DNA of 64,000 nucleotides from contig NIVC01000838.1 of NCBI GenBank assembly GCA_002269645.1, forward strand, positions 248,001 through 312,000. The letters run 5' to 3'. Within the stretch, counting starts at the first letter, position 1. Each line of letters starts with the position of its first letter. This DNA is from Macrostomum lignano. Taxonomy: Eukaryota. Below the pieces are notes generated by a model. It had not been told where the DNA came from and did not search any database. It saw nothing but the letters and a program-made list of their open reading frames with translations. Made by a program: the position numbers and the translations under genes. This document shows positions 37,084 through 48,664 of the stretch, one piece after another.

Positions 37084-39090
37084 AGAAACGATGTAGAAAA
37101 GTTACTGTCCAACTATACTCGTAATCCTTACTTAATTAAAATTCAGACTTACCAATTCAAACTTTTCAACGATATGAATTAAAAGTTGTTTCAGAAGCTT
37201 TACAGAGAATTTAGTAGCAGCACACAGATAAACTAAAGCCTTCCTTCCTATTTAAAACATTTGCAGTTTGTGCTTTAGATTGTGTTGCCAAGATATACCC
37301 AAGCTGAGGCCACTTCAGTCTTTCCCTACCCTCTCTTCGGGCCAACCATGCAGTAAGGGGGGGCATGAAGGTTAAATCGAGTTTTCGTCCTCTCCCTTCG
37401 GTGCTGCTGAGGGCACACTGCACATAGGCTGTATTGCGGTGTGTGCGTACTGTACGTACGTTACTTATCTTAATGGCGTACTCGTTTATTACTTGCCAGA
37501 ATCAGTGAATAAGCGATAAGAGCTATAAGCAATATGCATGGCTGATTTAAACTAATTCGAACAGATTTAGACCTGTTTATCACGTGATTTTTTATTTTAT
37601 TTTAGCAAATCGAAATATTAAAACGACCTGACTTGTTCATTTATTCGATGTGAAGTTTTTCCGTAAACATTGTGTTATACGAGCTAAATCTTTATATGCA
37701 TGCTATTATTCAATACGTACAATAATTTTTTCAAAAAATGAAACGTTTTTTCGCTAGCACAACTGTATGCAGGGGGTGGGACAGCAGCATGGCACATGCA
37801 TGCAGACAGTTCCAACTTCGGCACATTGCATGTACTGTACATATTTTGCTCTAAAATTATATTTTGATCGGACTGCAAAACTGCAGCGTATGCTTTTTCA
37901 TTGTTGCTTCAATCTACAAGATTCTGTTGCGTCTATATATTTAGCCGCATACAAACTATCATAAAACTTGACTTTATTGGAGAATTTTGTTGGAGTTTTT
38001 ATTGGAGAAGAACGGACAAGAAAACTTAGCGCAGTGAAAGTCCTTCGAATAATTTTAGATTGAAATTCCTTTTGCCGCTATATCTGGCTTAATTTGTAGG
38101 GTCAATCGAGCCATGTACCCATTCGACCTTAGCCCATAAAACTTGATCGTACACGAGATTATACTGGAGTACTTGAGTGTATGCATGTAAAGATACTACT
38201 AAAGATACTAAAGAAGCACATCGAAAAGATACGGTCCTAAATCTCATCCATGAAAAGCGGTGAAATGTTATTAAAAAAGAGAATTGGTCCTTAATTGCCA
38301 GCTGAAAGAGGCAGACGGTGTGGGAAGTTCAAAAAGAATAAATTTGTGATAAACTAAAAAAATGAATCTGAAACTGTGATTTTGCTCTTTATTACTGTAG
38401 AGCTATATCAACGATTATTGGAATTTGGGTTAAATAATAAAAAACTTGCGCATGTTGTTATAGTGCCGAATGATAAGCCGATGTCTAAATTCAACATCGG
38501 AAATTGGGTGTAGTATTTAAAAAAGTCTGGCAGTGACAATACGCTTGAAAACTGCGCATTGCTGTAAATTGAGTTTTCAGCTAGTCTGCCTATTCTTTGC
38601 TAGCAATAGAAAGTAATTATCAACCACCAGAATTTCAATTTGGTTACATACATGTCTGTTTAACTGTTCTTAGTCCCTCATGCAAGAACGTCTAATATTC
38701 AAAATTCAAAATGCAGATCATGTTTTGTTGTGTGCCATGAAACTAAAACTAATGTCTTTTTATGGTTTTGTTTTTTAATTTAATTTAATTTTTTCTAGGA
38801 CTGTAATAATTTTACATGGACGAGGGTGACAAAAATAGCTGAAAAGACTATAACTTATAGTTATAATTTTATATCTATTTATTTATTGTGTTCAGCTTAA
38901 TTCAATTTTAATTAACTTAAAATAATGAAACAAAAAACTATTTTACCTATAAAATGAAGTTTTTTTACTTCATAGGAAGCTTTAGCATTTATATAATTAG
39001 CTTTCAAAAAACAATCTTTTTGCCTTTATGACTGGTTTACTAGAGTCATCTTTATATTTTATTGCACAAAAGAATTTTATCTATGCTTAG

Positions 39091-39246
39091 GTGCAACCTT
39101 GGGATTTACTTGGCCATTTCTATTGGCAACACACACATGTAAGTTGCTATTGGACAGAATAGTAGTCACATGACTGCTCTCAGCCAATAGTGACTTACAT
39201 GTGTGTGTTGTCAATAGAAATGGCCAGGTGATTCCCAAGGTTGCGC
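39091..39246 (+). other. 156-nt near-perfect inverted repeat (hairpin)
   Basis: 63-bp outer stem with 56 Watson-Crick pairs, 6 G-U and 1 U-U, plus a short inner stem. Confidence 0.9.
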
Positions 39247-39744
39247 ATGTATGATTATTTCATAGCTTTTGAACTTTTTATTATATAAATAAAGTATTAA
39301 AGAGAGTAAAATGAACTTAAGTTATATAAATGTCATAAAAATGGTTTTATGTTAATTCTTGTCTTCATCAAAACATCTTGCCTTTTCATAAGCTAGACTT
39401 TTTGTTAGAAACTGGTTGTTAATTAGAGTAGAATGCTTTATGCCTTTATTTGGCAAGTTATCAAAAAATTCTATTAGAATAAAAATGTGGACTCTAGGAA
39501 ATTCTTCTAAGACTAGTTGAATAGTTATGATTTTTAATAGAAATATAAATTATCTATATTCTATATAACTAGTATATTGTATATATTTATAGTTTTTACT
39601 ATCATTGTAATTAATTGCAATCACCAATACTATAAAATTGCATTTGTAGGCATTGGTTGTAGCTTAGATAAAAACTTTTATCATTTTTTAGGAGGCAAAA
39701 AGATGCCATAGCTGCTGTAAAGGGTAAAAGGGTACCAAAATAGT

Positions 39745-40551
39745 TAGCTAGGGGCACCGCAACTGCTATAAAAGGACACCAAAACAGCTGGCTAGGGGGC
39801 GCCGCAACTGCTATAAAAGGACACCAAAACAGCTGGCTAGGGGGCGCCGCAACTGCTATAAAAGGGCGCCAAAACAGCTGGCTAGGGGGCGCCGCAACTG
39901 CTATAAAAGGACACCAAAACAGCTGGCTAGGGGGCGCCGCAACTGCTATAAAAGGGCGCCAAAACAGCTGGCTAGGGGCGCCGCAACTGCTATAAAAGGA
40001 CACCAAAACAGCTGGCTAGGGGGCGCCGCAACTGCTATAAAAGGGCGCCAAAACAGCTGGCTAGGGGGCGCCGCAACTGCTATGAAAGGACACCAAAACA
40101 GCTGGCTAGGGGGCGCCGCAACTGCTATGAAAGGGCGCCAAAACAGCTGGCTAGGGGGCGCCGCAACTGCTATGAAAGGGCGCCAAAACAGCTGGCTAGG
40201 GGGCGCCGCAACTGCTATGAAAGGACGCCAAAACAGCTGGCTAGGGGGCGCCACAACTGCTATGAAAGGGCGCCAGAACAGCTGGCTAGGGGGCGCCACA
40301 ACTGCTATAAAAGGACACCAAAACAGCTGGCTAGGGGGCGCCACAACTGCTATAAAAGGACACCAAAACAGCTGGCTAGGAGGCGCCACAACTGCTATGA
40401 AAGGACGCCAAAACAGCTGGCTAGGGGGCGCCGCAACTGCTATGAAAGGACACCAAAACAGCTGGCTAGGGGGCGCCGCAACTGCTATGAAAGGGCGCCA
40501 GAACAGCTGGCTAGGGGGCGCCACAACTGCTATGAAAGGGCGCCAAAACAG
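39745..40551. repeat. 45-bp minisatellite, 18 copies
   Basis: Unit CTGCTAT[A/G]AAAGG[ACA/GCG]CCAAAACAGCTGGCTAGGGGGCGCCGCAA. Confidence 0.95.
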
Positions 40552-40653
40552 CCTCATTTCAGGATAATAAAAAGGATTTCATGATGCCAAATGGCGCCGT
40601 GATTCTGACAAAAAGCACTGGTTGTTAGCGCAGTCTCTGCTCGCCCCCCGCAG

Positions 40654-43099
40654 ATGTCATTCTCCATCTCCAGCTTCGTGGCCAAACGCCGCCGGCTCCA
40701 CCAGGCTCGCACAATCTGCCAGCAGAGTTTCGACAGGAGGCTGCGCTGCGCAATTTGCGGCGATAAAATCCGTCGCTGGTGCCAACGCGAGGAGACGCTG
40801 TGCCATCCGTTGAGCTGCTACGATCACCCGTGCCACTCGCACTGCATGCTGTCGATCTTGGGCGCTGACCAGCCGATGGGCAGCCAGCAGGTGTGCCCGG
40901 GCGCCGGCTGCAGTCGCCAGTTTAGCCAGCTGTGCTTTCACCGGTCCTGGTGGGGCCGATCGTCTGGACAGCGAAGCGTCAACAACTTGCCATCTGGTGA
41001 CAACGACGCCGTCGATGGCGGCGATCAGCTGGTCGACCAAACTACAGACGAGCTCCATGAAGCCGCCGCCGCTGCCGCCGACGGAGACAGCAGCAGCAGC
41101 AGCAGCGGAGGCTTTTCATTTAGAAATTTTCGGCGATTTTTTCCCGTCTTGGTGAGCTCCCGGGGTTGGTGCGGATAGGACGAGAAGATATTGGCAGCAG
41201 TTTAAGGTTATGACCTCGGTCACCACGGCAAATCAAACCGTGGCTGTTTTCATGGTAAATTATGCTCGTATTCCGCTAGCTGAGGTCATCACCCTATATC
41301 TGAACAATGGTAGCTGAGGTCATGACCCTATACCCGAACAATGGTAGCTGAGGTCATGACCCTATACCCGAACAATGGCAGCTGAGGTCATCACCCTACG
41401 AGCGTATACTCGAACAATGGTAGCTGATGTCATGACCCTATGATTAACAATGGCAACTGAGGTTATGACCCTATGATTAACAATGGCAACTGAGGTCATG
41501 ACCCTATGATTAACAATCGCAACTGAGGTTATGACCCTATGATTAACAATCGCAACTGAGGTTATGACCCTATGATTAACAATCGCAACTGAGGTCATGA
41601 CCCTATGATTAACAATCGCAACTGAGGTTATGACCCCATGATTAACAATGGCAACTGAGGTCATGACCCCATGATTAACAATGGCAACTGAGGTTATGAC
41701 CCTATGATTAACAATGGCAACTGAGGTCATGACCCTATGATTAACAATGGCAACTGAGGTCATGACCCTATGATTAACAATCGCAACTGAGGTCATGACC
41801 CTATGATTAACAATCGCAACTGAGGTTATGACCCTATGATTAACAATGGCAACTGAGGTCATGACCCTATGATTAACAATCGCAACTGAGGTTATGACCC
41901 CATGATTAACAATGGCAACTGAGGTTATGACCCTATGATTAACAATGGCAACTGAGGTCATGACCCTATGATTAACAATCGCAACTGAGGTCATGACCCT
42001 ATGATTAACAATCGCAACTGAGGTTATGACCCTATGATTAACAATGGCAACTGAGGTCATGACCCTATGATTAACAATCGCAACTGAGGTCATGACCCTA
42101 TGATTAACAATCGCAACTGAGGTCATGACCCTATGATTAACAATTGCAACTGAGGTCATGACCCTATGATTAACAATCGCAACTGAGGTCATGACCCTAT
42201 GATTAACAATCGCAACTGAGGTCATATATTCAAGCAGAAGAATCTGGGATCTGGAGTTTCCTACATCTTTTTCACAAGATCGAACTGGTTTAACCGCAGC
42301 TGCCGCCATCCCGCTCCCTACAATGCAGATCTCATCAAGCAAGCGCCAGAAGCGGCAGCAACAGGAGCAGGAGCAGCGGGTGTCAGACGAGCAAGCCGCC
42401 GAACAGGAGCCAATGGAACTGTCGCTCAACAGTCTGGAAGCTGAGTGCGCCATCTGCTGTTGCGGCATCGACACTGAAGCCGGCGTGCCAAATGGTTGCT
42501 GTCACAGCTTCTGTTTCGACTGCCTGAAGGAATGGGTGGTCAACAATGCCAGCTGCCCGATGGACCGGCGGCCGGTGAACTTTATCTACAAGCGCCAGCC
42601 AGGCTCGCAGGCCTTCACTGGGCGGCACCGGGTGTTCCTGCGGAACAGTCGCGACGCCTGCCAGGGCGGCTACTGCGGCCCGTTGGAGTCGCCGCCTGGG
42701 GAGCCGCACTTCTCTGAGCCTGGCGGCGGCGGCGGCGGCTGGTTCAGTTCGGCCAGACTCGAACCCAGCGCCCCTCCGGCCTCCAGCTTTGACAATAACG
42801 ACAGAAGCAACAATGCCAACGCGAATGCCTCGGCGGCTAGAAGCGGCGGAGATGTATCAGCGCTGTTCGCGTTCGTAGCAGCCGTACTGTTGGCCATTGT
42901 CATCTTCGCGTTCTTCCGCAGATACGGAGCTTCGCCGAATCCGGTGCCGACTCCTGCTCCGCCACCGGCTGCCGAATCCGGTAGCTCAGTAGCCAATCTG
43001 ATTCAGTTTGTTGTCCTAGTGGTGGTGCTGTACCTCACCGCCCAGCTCTGCCTGACGAGTAGTCAGACTAATACTAGAGCAGTGCCGGGTCGGGCTTGA
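40654..43099 (+). CDS. Putative membrane-anchored tandem-RING E3 ubiquitin ligase-like protein (exons 40654-41151 and 42329-43099, about 422 aa)
   Basis: Exon A begins CAG|ATG and has CAIC-x19-C-x2-H-x2-H-x2-C-x16-CPGAGC (RING-H2-like); its donor TTG|GTGAGC is phase 0. Exon B begins TGCAG|ATC in frame and has CAIC...CCHSFCFDCLKEW...CPMDR (C3HC3D RING) and two hydrophobic helices (ALFAFVAAVLLAIVIFAFF; LIQFVVLVVVLYLTAQLCL). The exon joining is inferred. Confidence 0.75.
41275..42225. repeat. 33-bp intronic minisatellite (CTGAGGTCATGACCCTATGATTAACAATCGCAA)
   Basis: About 28 copies. Confidence 0.95.
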
Positions 43100-43354
43100 G
43101 GGGACGACTGTTGGCTGCGATAATTCCACTTCCGTAATGAATATGGCCCTTGTAGCTAGTTCCTGCTGTTCCTGCTGTCCTGCTGCGTGTTGTCTGGGCG
43201 GGAGTTTTAATTATATAATCTCATTATTCTCTCTGATCTCAAGTAGTAATTGATGACATTCACAAGTTTGAAATTTTTCATTCGTATGTACACGCATCTG
43301 AATTATTGCGTGATTGTGATTTACAATTGTTGAATCCCAGAATTCTAACCCACA

Positions 43355-44785
43355 GTCTGAGAACCCCGAATCCTTAAATCCCAACCCTGATCCTAAATCC
43401 CAGAATGCTGATCCCAAATCCTTGAATCCTGATCCCGAATCCTTGAATCCCAACCCCGATCCCGGAATCCTGATCCCAAATTCCAGAATCCTGATTCCAA
43501 ATCCCGGAATCCTGATTAACTGATTCCCAATCCCAAAATCCTGATCCCAAATCCCAGAATCCTGATTCCAAATCTCGAAATCCTAATTGACTGATTCCCA
43601 ATCCCAGAATCCGGATCCCAAATCCCAGAATCCTGATCCCAAATCCTTGAATCCTGATCCCAAATCCTTGAATCCTGATCCCAAATCCTTGAATCTTGAA
43701 CCCAAATCCCGGAATCCTGATCCCTGATCCCAAATCCTTGAATCTTGAACCAAAATCCCGGAATCCTGATTCCAAATCCCGGAATCCTGAATGACTGATT
43801 CCCAATCCCAGAATCCTGATCCCAAATCCCAGAATCCTGATTAACAAATCCCGGAATCCGGAATGACTGATTCCCAATCCCAGAATCCTGATCCCGGAAT
43901 CCTGATCCCAGAATCCTGATCCCAGAATCCTGATCCCAGAATCCTGATCCCAGAATCCTGATCCCAAATCCCAGAATCCTGATTCCAAATCCCGGAATCC
44001 TGATTGACTGATTCCTAATCCCAGAATCCTGATCCCAAATCCCAGAATCCTGATCCCAAATCCTTGAATCTTGAACCAAAATCCCGGAATCCTGATTCCA
44101 AATCCCGGAATCCTGAATGACTGATTCCCAATCCCAGAATCCTGATCCCAAATCCCAGAATCCTGATTAACAAATCCCGGAATCCGGAATGACTGATTCC
44201 CAATCCCAGAATCCTGATCCCGGAATCCTGATCCCAGAATCCTGATCCCAGAATCCTGATCCCAGAATCCTGATCCCAGAATCCTGATCCCAGAATCCTG
44301 ATCCCAAATCCCAGAATCCTGATTCCAAATCCCGGAATCCTGATTGACTGATTCCTAATCCCAGAATCCTGATCCCAAATCCCAGAATCCTGATCCCAAA
44401 TCCCAGAATCCTGATCCCAAATCCCAGAATCCTGATCCCAAATCCTTGAATCTTGAACCCAAATCCCGGAATCCTAATTCCAAATCCCGGAATCCTGAAT
44501 GACTGATTCCCAATCCCAGAATCCTGATCCCAAATCCCAGAATCCTGATCCCAAATCCCAGAATCCTGATCCTAAATCCTTGAATCTTGAACCCAAATCC
44601 TTAAATATTGATCCCAAATCCTTGAATCTTGATCCCAAATCCTTGAATCCTGATCCCAAATCCCAGAATCCTGATCCCAAATCCCAAAATCATGATCCCT
44701 TATCCCAGAATCCTGATCCCAAATCCCAGAATCCTGATCCAGCATGCATGCCAAAATCTAGACCCCGAACTCGTGAAATTACTTT
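43355..44785. repeat. 7-bp-based complex minisatellite (AATCCCA / GAATCCT / GATCCCA)
   Basis: About 1.4 kb with internal higher-order duplications. Confidence 0.9.
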
Positions 44786-45374
44786 CTCAGACACGTCAGT
44801 CTGTAATGCATATCCCCAATCCGGATCAGAGTATGTTTATTCCGACCAAGAATGTTTATTTTGATAGCCTAGATAATTATTTCGTGAGTTTTTAGAATTT
44901 TACTATTCCATACCATTTGCCTTGTGTTAGCAAGTGGTTTCTCCATTAACAGTATAATTATAGAATGTTAATTGCCTTTCAATTTCCTTTTTTAACGATA
45001 GCGGTACCGTATGCGGCTTAAAAAACGCAACAACATGTGTGCCTACTTTTGCGTTAAAAATTTATGAAACGATTTTAATGCTAGTGTATTTTCGCTATCT
45101 TTATTACTCGTAAAAGTAAAAAATGTAGTTATTGCTTCAAAATACTACTTACGAGTACACAATGATTGTAAACACAGAAGTTGTTTGGAAGGAAAATATA
45201 TTTGACAAGAAAACTGCCTATTTTTTAAGCATTCAAAGAAAACGTCGCCAAAACGCTATTAAGATGGATTTTACGTAGTTTTTGGGAATTGTACTTTCGA
45301 TTTTTGTGGGAGTTACAATTCAACTATTCGCTGAGAATTAGGCTGGCGGCACAAGTCAAAATCGAGGTACATTG

Positions 45375-45930
45375 AGCGAGGCAGAGTGGCTTGAATTAGT
45401 AGGGCAGGAGGCAAAATTGATGTACATTGGGCGAGGTGGGGTGGCTTGAACTGGCGGGGCAGAAAGAGCCAAAATTGATGTACATTGGGCGAGGTGGGGT
45501 GGCTTGAACTGGCGGGACAGAGAGCCAAAATTGATGTACATTGAGCGAGGTGGGTGGCTTGAACTGGAGGGGCAGAGAGCGCCACAATCGATGTACATTG
45601 GGCGAGGTGGGGTGGCTTGGACTGGCGGGGCAGAGAGCCAAAATTGATGTACATTGGGCGAGGTGGGGTGGCTTGAACTGGCTGGGCAGAGAGCCAAAAT
45701 TGATGTACATTGGGCGAGGTGGGGTGGCTTGAACTGGCGGGGCAGAAAGAGCCAAAATTGATGTCCATTGGGCGAGGTGGGGTGGCTTGAACTGGCGGGA
45801 CAGAGAGCCAAAATTGATGTACATTGAGCGAGGTGGGTGGCTTGAACTGGAGGGGCAGAGAGCGCCACAATCGATGTACATTGGGCGAGGTGGGGTGGCT
45901 TGGACTGGCGGGGCAGAGAGCGTCACAATC
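45375..45930. repeat. ~56-bp minisatellite, about 10 copies
   Basis: Unit GCAGAGAGCCAAAATTGATGTACATTGGGCGAGGTGGGGTGGCTTGAACTGGCGGG. Confidence 0.9.
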
Positions 45931-46290
45931 GATGAGCATTCAGCTAAAATAAACAAAAAATATTTTGTTTCGTAATGGTTTCGAGATTGGCAATCAACAG
46001 AATTAATTACGAGCTATTATATTCTTGCCCCCGAAATTTTCCCAGCGAGCGCATAAAAATACATTGCATGCTTTTTCCTCTCCCTCTTAATCTGCTCTAA
46101 GCTCGTAACATTAGATTCGCAGCCTCTTTGGATCTTGGAACCTGGTTTCCCCGATTCTCGTTTCCGCGAGATGCTCCCAAACAGACTATTTGTGCATCCG
46201 CAGTAAGCCAGTCAGTCTCCAAGGAACCAATGGCAAACCGATTTTGGCTTCTTGCGCAGCTGCCCACCCACCCCCTGCCAGTAACGAGCC

Positions 46291-46297
46291 TATAAAA
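46291..46297 (+). promoter_or_regulatory. Candidate TATA box of peptide precursor 1
   Basis: CCTATAAAAT upstream of a putative 5' UTR intron (GTAAGA 46394 to TTGCAG 46469). Confidence 0.6.
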
Positions 46298-46497
46298 TGG
46301 AACGCTTCATCTCTGGCAGCTGGAAGTGCCCGCCTCCACAATCTAACTATATTCCCTGATCGCTGCAGTGAAGCAAGGTACTAAGCAATAAAGGTAAGAG
46401 TAAGCAATGTACTATTGCAGTATGTAAGCAGCACGAGTGAGATGATGCCGATTCCAAACCCCGTTGCAGACTCATCAACTTCGACCAAACACTGGCA

Positions 46498-46791
46498 ATG
46501 TCCCCGATCTTGCTAGCCATCCTGCTGATTGCGGCTGTGTCCTCGGCGTCGGCGATGCCACCGCATAACCGCCGGCGGGAGAACTTGTCGGACGAGCTCA
46601 TGAAGTTTGCGACGGCGGCGGCCGCTGCTGCTGCTGGCCCGCCGGACGCCTTGGACGAGCTGGTGGAGCCGCTGGCCGCCGCTGAAGGTGAACCTCGCCA
46701 TCGTGGCAGCCGGTTGTCACCGTTCTTGAGCAAGAGGCACAGTCTGCAGTCGATTCTGTACAAGCTGGGCCACTTCAAAAGTGGCAAATGA
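46498..46791 (+). CDS. Secreted peptide (neuropeptide-like) precursor 1, 97 aa
   Basis: Signal peptide MSPILLAILLIAAVSSASA, basic sites RRR and KR, and C-terminal HSLQSILYKLGHFKS followed by GK-stop (amidation signal). GC-rich codon usage. Confidence 0.85.
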   Translation: MSPILLAILLIAAVSSASAMPPHNRRRENLSDELMKFATAAAAAAAGPPDALDELVEPLAAAEGEPRHRGSRLSPFLSKRHSLQSILYKLGHFKSGK

Positions 46792-47004
46792 TGGCCCAAT
46801 GGCCTTCAGCAGCTGACTAGACAAGCACAGACTCCATGCGATTGAAACATTCGAAAATATATATTTTTTTTAAATCGAAAGTTTGCTGTGGTACATCTTT
46901 GTGACTTTCGATTTTTAAATTACACTCGTCTTTTATGATGTAATTGTTTGATTTACGAGAGTAATATCAAGAAATGGGTTACTTTATGATAACTACTGAG
47001 TGTG

Positions 47005-47632
47005 GAGGGCTCACTGTAGCTTCAGAAAGTCGCAGTGGGCGTCACTGAAGCATCAGGAAGTCGCAGTGGAGGTCACTGAAGCATCAGAAAGTCGCAGTGG
47101 ATGGATCACTGAAGCATCAGGGAATCAAAATGGGGTCACTGAAGCATCAGAAAGTCGCAGTGGGGGTCACTGAGCACCAGGGAATCAAAATGGGGTCACT
47201 GAAGCACCAGGAAATCAAAATGGGGTCACTGAAGCATCAGAAAGTCGCAGTGGGGGTCACTGAGCACCAGGGAATCAAAATGGGGTCACTGAAGCACCAG
47301 GAAATCAAAATGGGGTCACTGAAGCATCAGGAAATCAAAATGGGGTCACTGAAGCACCAGGAAATCAAAATGGGGTCACTGAAGCATCAGGAAATCAAAA
47401 TGGGGTCACTGAAGCATCAGAAAGTCGCAGTGGGGTCACTGAAGCATCAGAAAGCCGCACTGGGGGTCACTGAAGCATCAGAAAGCCGCACTGGGGGTCA
47501 CTGAAGCATCAGAAAGCCGCACTGGGGGGTCACTGAAGCATCAGAAAGCCGCACTGGGGGTCACTGAAGCATCAGAAAGCCGCACTGGGGGGTCACTGAA
47601 GCATCAGAAAGCCGCAGTAAGAGGTTACTGAA
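47005..47632. repeat. ~30-bp minisatellite (GGGGTCACTGAAGCATCAG + GAAATCAAAAT or AAAG[T/C]CGCA[G/C]T) between the two peptide genes
   Basis: About 20 tandem copies of two variant types. Confidence 0.9.
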
Positions 47633-48664
47633 GCGTTGGAGGCGGTAGCGACAAAATTATTATCCGAGGTAAAATCCATAAATTTTGCTGCCGACGCTGA
47701 ATTTAAAATTATTTTTAGACGCGAGACAATTCCCTCGCGCTGATATGCGATCCCGTGGATCCGCAGAAATTGAGACAGCTACGCCCCAGAACATGACTCT
47801 GCCCCGTGTCTTAATGAAGATTGTTGCCAACCCCCCTGCCAGAAAACAATTAGCAGTCCGATTTAATCAGTGTTGGATTTCAGGCGTCTCAGAATTTTAA
47901 TAATTCGAGTAATTGGAGTTTATCTCACCTGCTGGGAGACACAACAGGTGAGCGCGTGGGAGGACAGCTCCATTCTTATTCGTCCACTGTTCCTTCGGCC
48001 TCCACGAAATCAATTTATTACATGCGAAGCTTTTCTCATCTTTCCTGATTTTTGTTTTAACATTTAACTGTTTCCCTACTGCTGTACTGCATCCAGGAGG
48101 CGATGGCATGGTGATCTGGGTGTGTAGTATCGGCGGCACTGCTGTGGAGACGTTCCTGTGGTTCCTGATGGGGTGAAGATCACGGCGATTACGGTTGCTC
48201 AAATACTAACTTATTTTTTAAATCATTATGCATTCTCATGTGACTCATGTGATGGAAATTCGGAGAGTGATTCCAGTCGACATGGGAATGAAATTCGGAG
48301 AGTGATTCCAGTCGACAATGAAGAATGAAAAGTGAGCCATTAAATTTCTCAGGGCAGTCGAGCTCTATCAGATTGCTATTTCTGTGAGTTCTAAAATTAG
48401 CTGCATAGTTGATGCAGCCAATCATGAGATCTGAGGAGCTGTTCGACATCTCAACTATCAATATTTAAAGCAAACTCACCCAGCTTAAATATTCTCTTAA
48501 GGCCCTCAAAAAATCTCCACACTAAAAACTGGGAGACTTCGAAATCCGGTAAGTTGGCTTCGAGATTCCCCCCCCCCAGAGTTTTTCATACTTTTGAAGC
48601 AGGCTCAAACTCGGATGCACTGATTCCGTTCCAGAGCTTCATCAAGAACCAAGCAACAAGCACA

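Noticed and set aside
39745-40551. CTCF-like CTAGGGGGCGC in the 45-bp unit
   Set aside because: It lacks the conserved 5' CC of the CTCF core; partial match only.
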